DNA of 64,000 nt from assembly GCA_964057225.1 (NCBI GenBank), contig OZ059896.1, positions 20,584,001-20,648,000 of the forward strand, given 5' to 3'. Made by a program: the position numbers and the translations under genes. The stretch is from Auanema rhodensis. Taxonomy: Eukaryota > Animalia > Nematoda. Under the pieces are notes generated by a model. That model was given only the letters and a program-made list of their open reading frames with translations. It was not told the DNA's origin and made no database searches. This document shows, one piece after another, positions 23,001 to 37,000 of this stretch (its first letter is position 1; the number at the start of each line of letters is the position of its first letter).

Positions 23001-26000
23001 ATCGAATGCACTATACTACATTGAGAAACGCTTGATACAAAAATTAGTTATGATCGTTTGAAAAATGATGCATTAGTGTATGTTGAGTTTCCATGTACAC
23101 TCAACATTCCTTCCAAAAACATTTTGACAAAAATTTTTTCGAAAAATTTCAAAATAATTTAGCAAAAAGTAGATGTTTTTAGATTCCATTTTTCAAGGCA
23201 AAGATGATAGACAATGTTATTCAACGAAAAAATTAATTCTTCAGGGTGAAAATCGAGGATATAAGTGTGAACTTATATCAGTTGATATCTCGGTGCATTT
23301 TTAAGCTAGCGCAAATCTGATAACACAGATCGACGCAGCTTAAAAATCTGCATCGAATGCACTATACTACATCAAGAAACGCTCGATACAAAAATTAGTT
23401 ATGATCGTTTGAAAAATGATGCATTAGTGTATGTTGAGTTTCCATGTACACTCAACATTGCTTCCAAAAACATTTTGACAAAAATTTTTTCGAAAAATTT
23501 CAAAATAATTTAGCAAAAAGTAGATGTTTTTAGATTCCTTTTTTCAAGGCAAAGACGATGGACAATGTTATTCAACGAAAAAATTAATTCTTCAGGGTGA
23601 AAATAGAGGATATAAGTGTGAACTTATGTCAGTTGATATCTCGGTGCATTTTTAAGCTAGCGCAAATCTGATAACACAGATCGACGCAGCTTACAAATCT
23701 GCATCGAATGCATTATACTACATCAAGAAACGCTTGATACAAAAATTAGTTATGATCGTTTGAAAAATGATGCATTAGTGTATGTTGAGTTTCCATGTAC
23801 ACTCAACATTGCTTCCAAAAACATTTTGACAAAAATTTTTTCGAAAAATTTCAAAATAATTTAGCAAAAAGTAGATGTTTTTAGATTCCTTTTTTCAAGG
23901 CAAAGACGATGGACAATGTTATTCAACGAAAAAATTAATTCTTCAGGGTGAAAATCGAGGATATAAGTGTGAACTTATATCAGTTGATATCTCGGTGCAT
24001 TTTTAAGCTAGCGCAAATCTGATAACACAGATCGGCGCAGCTTAAAATCCGCATCGAATGCACTATACTACATTGAGAAACGCTTGATACAAAAATTAGT
24101 TATGATCGTTTGAAAAATGATGCATTAGTGTATGTTGAGTTTCCATGTACACTCAACATTCCTTCCAAAAACATTTTGACAAAAATTTTTTCGAAAAATT
24201 TCAAAATAATTTAGCAAAAAGTAGATGTTTTTAGATTCCTTTTTTCAAGGCAAAGACGATGGACAATGTTATTCAACGAAAAAATTAATTCTTCAGGGTG
24301 AAAATCGAGGATATAAGTGTGAACTTATATCAGTTGATATCTCGGTGCATTTTTAAGCTAGCGCAAATCTGATAACACAGATCGGCGCAGCTTAAAATCC
24401 GCATCGAATGCACTATACTACATTGAGAAACGCTTGATACAAAAATTAGTTATGATCGTTTGAAAAATGATGCATTAGTGTATGTTGAGTTTCCATGTAC
24501 ACTCAACATTGCTTCCAAAAACATTTTGACAAAAATTTTTTCGAAAAATTTCAAAATAATTTAGCAAAAAGTAGATGTTTTTAGATTCCATTTTTCAAGG
24601 CAAAGACGATAGACAATGTTATTCAACGAAAAAATTAATTCTTCAGGGTGAAAATCGAGGATATATGTGTGAACTTATATCAGTTGATATCTCGGTGCAT
24701 TTTTAAGCTAGCGCAAATCTGATAACACAGATCGACGCAGCTTAAAAATCCACATCGAATGCACTATACTACATTGAGAAACGCTTGATACAAAAATTAG
24801 TTATGATCGTTTGAAAAATGATGCATTAGTGTATGTTGAGTTTCCATGTACACTCAACATTGCTTCCAAAAACATTTTGACAAAAATTTTTTCGAAAAAT
24901 TTCAAAATAATTTAGCAAAAAGTAGATGTTTTTAGATTCCTTTTTTCAAGGCAAAGACGATGGACAATGTTATTCAACGAAAAAATTAATTCTTCAGGGT
25001 GAAAATCGAGGATATAAGTGTGAACTTATATCAGTTGATATCTCGGTGCATTTTTAAGCTAGCGCAAATCTGATAACACAGATCGGCGCAGCTTAAAATC
25101 CGCATCGAATGCACTATACTACATTGAGAAACGCTTGATACAAAAATTAGTTATGATCGTTTGAAAAATGATGCATTAGTGTATGTTGAGTTTCCATGTA
25201 CACTCAACATTCCTTCCAAAAACATTTTGACAAAAATTTTTTCGAAAAATTTCAAAATAATTTAGCAAAAAGTAGATGTTTTTAGATTCCATTTTTCAAG
25301 GCAAAGACGATAGACAATGTTATTCAACGAAAAAATTAATTCTTCAGGGTGAAAATCGAGGATATAAGTGTGAACTTATATCAGTTGATATCTCGGTGCA
25401 TTTTTAAGCTAGCGCAAATCTGATAACACAGATCGACGCAGCTTAAAAATCTGCATCGAATGCACTATACTACATCAAGAAACGCTCGATACAAAAATTA
25501 GTTATGATCGTTTGAAAAATGATGCATTAGTGTATGTTGAGTTTCCATGTACACTCAACATTGCTTCCAAAAACATTTTGACAAAAATTTTTTCGAAAAA
25601 TTTCAAAATAATTTAGCAAAAAGTAGATGTTTTTAGATTCCTTTTTTCAAGGCAAAGACGATGGACAATGTTATTCAACGAAAAAATTAATTCTTCAGGG
25701 TGAAAATAGAGGATATAAGTGTGAACTTATGTCAGTTGATATCTCGGTGCATTTTTAAGCTAGCGCAAATCTGATAACACAGATCGACGCAGCTTACAAA
25801 TCTGCATCGAATGCATTATACTACATCAAGAAACGCTTGATACAAAAATTAGTTATGATCGTTTGAAAAATGATGCATTAGTGTATGTTGAGTTTCCATG
25901 TACACTCAACATTGCTTCCAAAAACATTTTGACAAAAATTTTTTCGAAAAATTTCAAAATAATTTAGCAAAAAGTAGATGTTTTTAGATTCCATTTTTCA

Positions 26001-28055
26001 AGGCAAAGACGATAGACAATGTTATTCAACGAAAAAATTAATTCTTCAGGGTGAAAATCGAGGATATAAGTGTGAACTTATATCAGTTGATATCTCGGTG
26101 CATTTTTAAGCTAGCGCAAATCTGATAACACAGATCGGCGCAGCTTAAAATCCGCATCGAATGCACTATACTACATTGAGAAACGCTTGATACAAAAATT
26201 AGTTATGATCGTTTGAAAAATGATGCATTAGTGTATGTTGAGTTTCCATGTACACTCAACATTGCTTCCAAAAACATTTTGACAAAAATTTTTTCGAAAA
26301 ATTTCAAAATAATTTAGCAAAAAGTAGATGTTTTTAGATTCCTTTTTTCAAGGCAAAGACGATGGACAATGTTATTCAACGAAAAAATTAATTCTTCAGG
26401 GTGAAAATCGAGGATATAAGTGTGAACTTATATCAGTTGATATCTCGGTGCATTTTTAAGCTAGCGCAAATCTGATAACACAGATCGGCGCAGCTTAAAA
26501 TCCGCATCGAATGCACTATACTACATTGAGAAACGCTTGATACAAAAATTAGTTATGATCGTTTGAAAAATGATGCATTAGTGTATGTTGAGTTTCCATG
26601 TACACTCAACATTGCTTCCAAAAACATTTTGATAAAAATTTTTTCGAAAAATTTCAAAATAATTTAGCAAAAAGTAGATGTTTTTAGATTCCATTTTTCA
26701 AGGCAAAGACGATAGACAATGTTATTCAACGAAAAAATTAATTCTTCAGGGTGAAAATCGAGGATATAAGTGTGAACTTATATCAGTTGATATCTCGGTG
26801 CATTTTTAAGCTAGCGCAAATCTGATAACACAGATCGACGCAGCTTAAAAATCCACATCGAATGCACTATACTACATCAAGAAACGCTTGATACAAAAAT
26901 TAGTTATGATCGTTTGAAAAATGATGCATTAGTGTATGTTGAGTTTCCATGTACACTCAACATTGCTTCCAAAAACATTTTGACAAAAATTTTTTCGAAA
27001 AATTTCAAAATAATTTAGCAAAAAGTAGATGTTTTTAGATTCCTTTTTTCAAGGCAAAGACGATGGACAATGTTATTCAACGAAAAAATTAATTCTTCAG
27101 GGTGAAAATAGAGGATATAAGTGTGAACTTATGTCAGTTGATATCTCGGTGCATTTTTAAGCTAGCGCAAATCTGATAACACAGATCCGCGCAGCTTAAA
27201 ATCCGCATCGAATGCACTATACTACATTGAGAAACGCTTGATACAAAAATTAGTTATGATCGTTTGAAAAATGATGCATTAGTGTATGTTGAGTTTCCAT
27301 GTACACTCAACATTGCTTCCAAAAACATTTTGACAAAAATTTTTTCGAAATATTTCAAAATAATTTAGCAAAAAGTAGATGTTTTTAGATTCCATTTTTC
27401 AAGGCAAAGACGATAGACAATGTTATTCAACGAAAAAATTAATTCTTCAGGGTGAAAATCGAGGATATAAGTGTGAACTTATATCAGTTGATATCTCGGT
27501 GCATTTTTAAGCTAGCGCAAATCTGATAACACAGATCGACGCAGCTTAAAAATCTGCATCGAATGCACTATACTACATCAAGAAACGCTCGATACAAAAA
27601 TTAGTTATGATCGTTTGAAAAATGATGCATTAGTGTATGTTGAGTTTCCATGTACACTCAACATTGCTTCCAAAAACATTTTGACAAAAATTTTTTCGAA
27701 ATATTTCAAAATAATTTAGCAAAAAGTAGATGTTTTTAGATTCCATTTTTCAAGGCAAAGACGATAGACAATGTTATTCAACGAAAAAATTAATTCTTCA
27801 GGGTGAAAATCGAGGATATAAGTGTGAACTTATATCAGTTGATATCTCGGTGCATTTTTAAGCTAGCGCAAATCTGATAACACAGATCGACGCAGCTTAA
27901 AAATCTGCATCGAATGCACTATACTACATCAAGAAACGCTCGATACAAAAATTAGTTATGATCGTTTGAAAAATGATGCATTAGTGTATGTTGAGTTTCC
28001 ATGTACACTCAACATTGCTTCCAAAAACATTTTGACAAAAATTTTTTCGAAAAAT
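14033..28055. repeat. HOR domain 2 (monomers 41-80): shuffled 8-mer and 4-mer units, rich in 350-bp monomers
   Basis: 17 of 40 monomers are 350 bp. Markers: TTCAGAAT (16486, 20342), TTGATAAAAA, AATAGAGG+TTATGTC, CGCTCGAT, CATTCCTTCC. Confidence 0.8.
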
Positions 28056-31000
28056 TTCAAAATAATTTAGCAAAAAGTAGATGTTTTTAGATTCCATTTT
28101 TCAAGGCAAAGACGATAGATAATGTTATTCAACGAAAAAATTAATTCTTCAGGGTGAAAATCGAGGATATATGTGTGAACTTATATCAGTTGATATCTCG
28201 GTGCATTTTTAAGATAGCGCAAATCTGATAACACAGATCGACGCAGCTTAAAAATCTGCATCGAATGCACTATACTACATCAAGAAACGCTTGATACAAA
28301 AATTAGTTATGATCGTTTGAAAAATGATGCATTAGTGTATGATGAGTTTCCATGTACACTCAACATTGCTTCCAAAAACATTTTGACAAAAATTTTTTCG
28401 AAAAATTTCAAAATAATTTAGCAAAAAGTAGATGTTTTTAGATTCCATTTTTCAAGGCAAAGACGATAGACAATGTTATTCAACGAAAAAATTAATTCTT
28501 CAGGGTGAAAATCGAGGATATAAGTGTGAACTTATATCAGTTGATATCTCGGTGCATTTTTAAGCTAGCGCAAATCTGATAACACAGATCGACGCAGCTT
28601 AAAAATCCGCATCGAATGCACTATACTACATTGAGAAACGCTTAATACACAAATTAGTTATGATCGTTTGAAAAATGATGCATTAGTGTATGTTGAGTTT
28701 CCATGTACACTCAACATTGCTTCCAAAAACAGTTTGACAAAAATTTTTTCGAAAAATTTCAAAATAATTTAGCAAAAAGTAGATGTTTTTAGATTTCTTT
28801 TTTCAAGGCAAAGACGATGGACAATGTTATTCAACGAAAAAATTAATTCTTCAGGGTGAAAATCGAGGATATAAGTGTGAACTTATATCAGTTGATATCT
28901 CGGTGCATTTTTAAGCTAGCGCAAATCTGATAACACAGATCGACGCAGCTTAAAAATCCGCATCGAATGCACTATACTACATCAAGAAACGCTTGATACA
29001 AAAATTAGTTATGATCGTTTGAAAAATGATGCATTAGTGTATGTTGAGTTTCCATGTACACTCAACATTGCTTCCAAAAACAGTTTGACAAAAATTTTTT
29101 CGAAAAATTTCAAAATAATTTAGCAAAAAGTAGATATTTTTAGATTTCTTTTTTCAAGGCAAAGACGATGGACAATGTTATTCAACGAAAAAATTAATTC
29201 TTCAGGGTGAAAATCGAGGATATAAGTGTGAACTTATATCAGTTGATATCTCGGTGCATTTTTAAGCTAGCGCAAATCTGATAACACAGATCGACGCAGC
29301 TTAAAAATCCGCATCGAATGCACTATACTACATTGAGAAACGCTTAATACAAAAATTAGTTATGATCGTTTGAAAAATGATGCATTAGTGTATGTTGAGT
29401 TTCCATGTACACTCAACATTGCTTCCAAAAACAGTTTGACAAAAATTTTTTCGAAAAATTTCAAAATAATTTAGCAAAAAGTAGATATTTTTAGATTTCT
29501 TTTTTCAAGGCAAAGACGATGGACAATGTTATTCAACGAAAAAATTAATTCTTCAGGGTGAAAATCGAGGATATATGTGTGAACTTATATCAGTTGATAT
29601 CTCGGTGCATTTTTAAGATAGCGCAAATCTGATAACACAGATCGACGCAGCTTAAAAATCTGCATCGAATGCACTATACTACATCAAGAAACGCTTGATA
29701 CAAAAATTAGTTATGATCGTTTGAAAAATGATGCATTAGTGTATGTTGAGTTTCCATGTACACTCAACATTGCTTCCAAAAACAGTTTGACAAAAATTTT
29801 TTCGAAAAATTTCAAAATAATTTAGCAAAAAGTAGATATTTTTAGATTTCTTTTTTCAAGGCAAAGACGATGGACAATGTTATTCAACGAAAAAATTAAT
29901 TCTTCAGGGTGAAAATCGAGGATATATGTGTGAACTTATATCAGTTGATATCTCGGTGCATTTTTAAGATAGCGCAAATCTGATAACACAGATCGACGCA
30001 GCTTAAAAATCTGCATCGAATGCACTATACTACATCAAGAAACGCTTGATACAAAAATTAGTTATGATCGTTTGAAAAATGATGCATTAGTGTATGTTGA
30101 GTTTCCATGTACACTCAACATTGCTTCCAAAAACATTTTGACAAAAATTTTTTCGAAAAATTTCAAAATAATTTAGCAAAAAGTAGATGTTTTTAGATTC
30201 CATTTTTCAAGGCAAAGACGATAGACAATGTTATTCAACGAAAAAATTAATTCTTCAGGGTGAAAATCGAGGATATAAGTGTGAACTTATATCAGTTGAT
30301 ATCTCGGTGCATTTTTAAGCTAGCGCAAATCTGATAACACAGATCGACGCAGCTTAAAAATCCGCATCGAATGCACTATACTACATTGAGAAACGCTTAA
30401 TACACAAATTAGTTATGATCGTTTGAAAAATGATGCATTAGTGTATGTTGAGTTTCCATGTACACTCAACATTGCTTCCAAAAACAGTTTGACAAAAATT
30501 TTTTCGAAAAATTTCAAAATAATTTAGCAAAAAGTAGATGTTTTTAGATTTCTTTTTTCAAGGCAAAGACGATGGACAATGTTATTCAACGAAAAAATTA
30601 ATTCTTCAGGGTGAAAATCGAGGATATAAGTGTGAACTTATATCAGTTGATATCTCGGTGCATTTTTAAGCTAGCGCAAATCTGATAACACAGATCGACG
30701 CAGCTTAAAAATCCGCATCGAATGCACTATACTACATCAAGAAACGCTTGATACAAAAATTAGTTATGATCGTTTGAAAAATGATGCATTAGTGTATGTT
30801 GAGTTTCCATGTACACTCAACATTGCTTCCAAAAACAGTTTGACAAAAATTTTTTCGAAAAATTTCAAAATAATTTAGCAAAAAGTAGATATTTTTAGAT
30901 TTCTTTTTTCAAGGCAAAGACGATGGACAATGTTATTCAACGAAAAAATTAATTCTTCAGGGTGAAAATCGAGGATATAAGTGTGAACTTATATCAGTTG

Positions 31001-34000
31001 ATATCTCGGTGCATTTTTAAGCTAGCGCAAATCTGATAACACAGATCGACGCAGCTTAAAAATCCGCATCGAATGCACTATACTACATTGAGAAACGCTT
31101 AATACAAAAATTAGTTATGATCGTTTGAAAAATGATGCATTAGTGTATGTTGAGTTTCCATGTACACTCAACATTGCTTCCAAAAACATTTTGACAAAAA
31201 TTTTTTCGAAAAATTTCAAAATAATTTAGCAAAAAGTAGATGTTTTTAGATTCCTTTTTTTAAGGCAAAGACGATGGACAATGTTATTCAACGAAAAAAT
31301 TAATTCTTCAGGGTGAAAATCGAGGATATAAGTGTGAACTTATATCAGTTGATATCTCGGTGCATTTTTAAGCTAGCGCAAATCTGATAACACAGATCGG
31401 CGCAGCTTAAAAATCCGCATCGAATGCACTATACTACATTGAGAAACGCTTAATACACAAATTAGTTATGATCGTTTGAAAAATGATGCATTAGTGTATG
31501 TTGAGTTTCCATGTACACTCAACATTGCTTCCAAAAACAGTTTGACAAAAATTTTTTCGAAAAATTTCAAAATAATTTAGCAGAAAGTAGATGTTTTTAG
31601 ATTTCTTTTTTCAAGGCAAAGACGATGGACAATGTTATTCAACGAAAAAATTAATTCTTCAGGGTGAAAATCGAGGATATAAGTGTGAACTTATATCAGT
31701 TGATATCTCGGTGCATTTTTAAGCTAGCGCAAATCTGATAACACAGATCGACGCAGCTTAAAAATCCGCATCGAATGCACTATACTACATCAAGAAACGC
31801 TTGATACAAAAATTAGTTATGATCGTTTGAAAAATGATGCATTAGTGTATGTTGAGTTTCCATGTACACTCAACATTGCTTCCAAAAACAGTTTGACAAA
31901 AATTTTTTCGAAAAATTTCAAAATAATTTAGCAAAAAGTAGATATTTTTAGATTTCTTTTTTCAAGGCAAAGACGATGGACAATGTTATTCAACGAAAAA
32001 ATTAATTCTTCAGGGTGAAAATCGAGGATATAAGTGTGAACTTATATCAGTTGATATCTCGGTGCATTTTTAAGCTAGCGCAAATCTGATAACACAGATC
32101 GACGCAGCTTAAAAATCCGCATCGAATGCACTATACTACATTGAGAAACGCTTAATACAAAAATTAGTTATGATCGTTTGAAAAATGATGCATTAGTGTA
32201 TGTTGAGTTTCCATGTACACTCAACATTGCTTCCAAAAACATTTTGACAAAAATTTTTTCGAAAAATTTCAAAATAATTTAGCAAAAAGTAGATGTTTTT
32301 AGATTCCTTTTTTTAAGGCAAAGACGATGGACAATGTTATTCAACGAAAAAATTAATTCTTCAGGGTGAAAATCGAGGATATAAGTGTGAACTTATATCA
32401 GTTGATATCTCGGTGCATTTTTAAGCTAGCGCAAATCTGATAACACAGATCGACGCAGCTTAAAAATCTGCATCGAATGCACTATACTACATCAAGAAAC
32501 GCTTGATACAAAAATTAGTTATGATCGTTTGAAAAATGATGCATTAGTGTATGTTGAGTTTCCATGTACACTCAACATTGCTTCCAAAAACATTTTGACA
32601 AAAATTTTTTCGAAAAATTTCAAAATAATTTAGCAAAAAGTAGATGTTTTTAGATTCCATTTTTCAAGGCAAAGACGATAGACAATGTTATTCAACGAAA
32701 AAATTAATTCTTCAGGGTGAAAATCGAGGATATAAGTGTGAACTTATATCAGTTGATATCTCGGTGCATTTTTAAGCTAGCGCAAATCTGATAACACAGA
32801 TCGACGCAGCTTAAAAATCCGCATCGAATGCACTATACTACATTGAGAAACGCTTAATACACAAATTAGTTATGATCGTTTGAAAAATGATGCATTAGTG
32901 TATGTTGAGTTTCCATGTACACTCAACATTGCTTCCAAAAACAGTTTGACAAAAATTTTTTCGAAAAATTTCAAAATAATTTAGCAAAAAGTAGATGTTT
33001 TTAGATTTCTTTTTTCAAGGCAAAGACGATGGACAATGTTATTCAACGAAAAAATTAATTCTTCAGGGTGAAAATCGAGGATATAAGTGTGAACTTATAT
33101 CAGTTGATATCTCGGTGCATTTTTAAGCTAGCGCAAATCTGATAACACAGATCGACGCAGCTTAAAAATCCGCATCGAATGCACTATACTACATCAAGAA
33201 ACGCTTGATACAAAAATTAGTTATGATCGTTTGAAAAATGATGCATTAGTGTATGTTGAGTTTCCATGTACACTCAACATTGCTTCCAAAAACAGTTTGA
33301 CAAAAATTTTTTCGAAAAATTTCAAAATAATTTAGCAAAAAGTAGATATTTTTAGATTTCTTTTTTCAAGGCAAAGACGATGGACAATGTTATTCAACGA
33401 AAAAATTAATTCTTCAGGGTGAAAATCGAGGATATAAGTGTGAACTTATATCAGTTGATATCTCGGTGCATTTTTAAGCTAGCGCAAATCTGATAACACA
33501 GATCGACGCAGCTTAAAAATCCGCATCGAATGCACTATACTACATTGAGAAACGCTTAATACAAAAATTAGTTATGATCGTTTGAAAAATGATGCATTAG
33601 TGTATGTTGAGTTTCCATGTACACTCAACATTGCTTCCAAAAACATTTTGACAAAAATTTTTTCGAAAAATTTCAAAATAATTTAGCAAAAAGTAGATGT
33701 TTTTAGATTCCTTTTTTTAAGGCAAAGACGATGGACAATGTTATTCAACGAAAAAATTAATTCTTCAGGGTGAAAATCGAGGATATAAGTGTGAACTTAT
33801 ATCAGTTGATATCTCGGTGCATTTTTAAGCTAGCGCAAATCTGATAACACAGATCGACGCAGCTTAAAAATCTGCATCGAATGCACTATACTACATCAAG
33901 AAACGCTTGATACAAAAATTAGTTATGATCGTTTGAAAAATGATGCATTAGTGTATGTTGAGTTTCCATGTACACTCAACATTGCTTCCAAAAACATTTT

Positions 34001-37000
34001 GACAAAAATTTTTTCGAAAAATTTCAAAATAATTTAGCAAAAAGTAGATGTTTTTAGATTCCATTTTTCAAGGCAAAGACGATAGACAATGTTATTCAAC
34101 GAAAAAATTAATTCTTCAGGGTGAAAATCGAGGATATAAGTGTGAACTTATATCAGTTGATATCTCGGTGCATTTTTAAGCTAGCGCAAATCTGATAACA
34201 CAGATCGACGCAGCTTAAAAATCCACATCGAATGCACTATACTACATTGAGAAACGCTTAATACACAAATTAGTTATGATCGTTTGAAAAATGATGCATT
34301 AGTGTATGTTGAGTTTCCATGTACACTCAACATTGCTTCCAAAAACAGTTTGACAAAAATTTTTTCGAAAAATTTCAAAATAATTTAGCAAAAAGTAGAT
34401 GTTTTTAGATTTCTTTTTTCAAGGCAAAGACGATGGACAATGTTATTCAACGAAAAAATTAATTCTTCAGGGTGAAAATCGAGGATATAAGTGTGAACTT
34501 ATATCAGTTGATATCTCGGTGCATTTTTAAGCTAGCGCAAATCTGATAACACAGATCGACGCAGCTTAAAAATCCGCATCGAATGCACTATACTACATCA
34601 AGAAACGCTTGATACAAAAATTAGTTATGATCGTTTGAAAAATGATGCATTAGTGTATGTTGAGTTTCCATGTACACTCAACATTGCTTCCAAAAACATT
34701 TTGACAAAAATTTTTTCGAAAAATTTCAAAATAATTTAGCAAGAAGTAGATGTTTTTAGATTTCTTTTTTCAAGGCAAAGACGATGGACAATGTTATTCA
34801 ACGAAAAAATTAATTCTTCAGGGTGAAAATCGAGGATATAAGTGTGAACTTACATCAGTTGATATCTCGGTGCATTTTTAAGCTAGCGCAAATCTGATAA
34901 CACAGATCGACGCAGCTTAAAAATCCGCATCGAATGCACTATACTACATTGAGAAACGCTTGATACAAAAATTAGTTATGATCGTTTGAAAAATGATGCA
35001 TTAGTGTATGTTGAGTTTCCATGTACACTCAACATTGCTTCCAAAAACATTTTGACAAAAATTTTTTCGAAAAATTTCAAAATAATTTAGCAAAAAGTAG
35101 ATGTTTTTAGATTCCATTTTTCAAGGCAAAGACGATAGACAATGTTATTCAACGAAAAAATCAATTCTTCAGGGTGAAAATCGAGGATATAAGTGTGAAC
35201 TTATATCAGTTGATATCTCGGTGCATTTTTAAGCTAGCGCAAATCTGATAACACAGATCGACGCAGCTTAAAAATCCGCATCGAATGCACTATATTACAT
35301 TGAGAAACGCTTGATACAAAAATTAGTTATGATCGTTTGAAAAATGATGCATTAGTGTATGTTGAGTTTCCATGTACACTCAACATTGCTTCCAAAAACA
35401 TTTTGACAAAAATTTTTTCGAAAAATTTCAAAATAATTTAGCAAAAAGTAGATGTTTTTAGATTCCATTTTTCAAGGCAAAGACGATAGACAATGTTATT
35501 CAACGAAAAAATTAATTCTTCAGGGTGAAAATCGAGGATATAAGTGTGAACTTATATCAGTTGATATCTCGGTGCATTTTTAAGCTAGCGCAAATCTGAT
35601 AACACAGATCGACGCAGCTTAAAAATCCGCATCGAATGCACTATACTACATCAAGAAACGCTTGATACAAAAATTAGTTATGATCGTTTGAAAAATGATG
35701 CATTAGTGTATGTTGAGTTTCCATGTACACTCAACATTGCTTCCAAAAACATTTTGACAAAAATTTTTTCGAAAAATTTCAAAATAATTTAGCAAGAAGT
35801 AGATGTTTTTAGATTTCTTTTTTCAAGGCAAAGACGATGGACAATGTTATTCAACGAAAAAATTAATTCTTCAGGGTGAAAATCGAGGATATAAGTGTGA
35901 ACTTACATCAGTTGATATCTCGGTGCATTTTTAAGCTAGCGCAAATCTGATAACACAGATCGACGCAGCTTAAAAATCCGCATCGAATGCACTATACTAC
36001 ATTGAGAAACGCTTGATACAAAAATTAGTTATGATCGTTTGAAAAATGATGCATTAGTGTATGTTGAGTTTCCATGTACACTCAACATTGCTTCCAAAAA
36101 CATTTTGACAAAAATTTTTTCGAAAAATTTCAAAATAATTTAGCAAAAAGTAGATGTTTTTAGATTCCATTTTTCAAGGCAAAGACGATAGACAATGTTA
36201 TTCAACGAAAAAATTAATTCTTCAGGGTGAAAATCGAGGATATAAGTGTGAACTTATATCAGTTGATATCTCGGTGCATTTTCAAGCTAGCGCAAATCTG
36301 ATAACACAGATCGACGCAGCTTAACAATCCGCATCGAATGCACTATACTACATCAAGAAACGCTTGATACAAAAATTAGTTATGATGGTTTGAAAAATGA
36401 TGCATTAGTGTATGTTGAGTTTCCATGTACACTCAACATTGCTTCCAAAAACAGTTTGACAAAAATTTTTTCGAAAAATTTCAAAATAATTTAGCAAAAA
36501 GTAGATATTTTTAGATTTCTTTTTTCAAGGCAAAGACGATGGACAATGTTATTCAACGAAAAAATTAATTCTTCAGGGTGAAAATCGAGGATATAAGTGT
36601 GAACTTATATCAGTTGATATCTCGGTGCATTTTTAAGCTAGCGCAAATCTGATAACACAGATCGACGCAGCTTAAAAATCCGCATCGAATGCACTATACT
36701 ACATTGAGAAACGCTTAATACAAAAATTAGTTATGATCGTTTGAAAAATGATGCATTAGTGTATGTTGAGTTTCCATGTACACTCAACATTGCTTCCAAA
36801 AACAGTTTGACAAAAATTTTTTCGAAAAATTTCAAAATAATTTAGCAAAAAGTAGATATTTTTAGATTTCTTTTTTCAAGGCAAAGACGATGGACAATGT
36901 TATTCAACGAAAAAATTAATTCTTCAGGGTGAAAATCGAGGATATATGTGTGAACTTATATCAGTTGATATCTCGGTGCATTTTTAAGATAGCGCAAATC

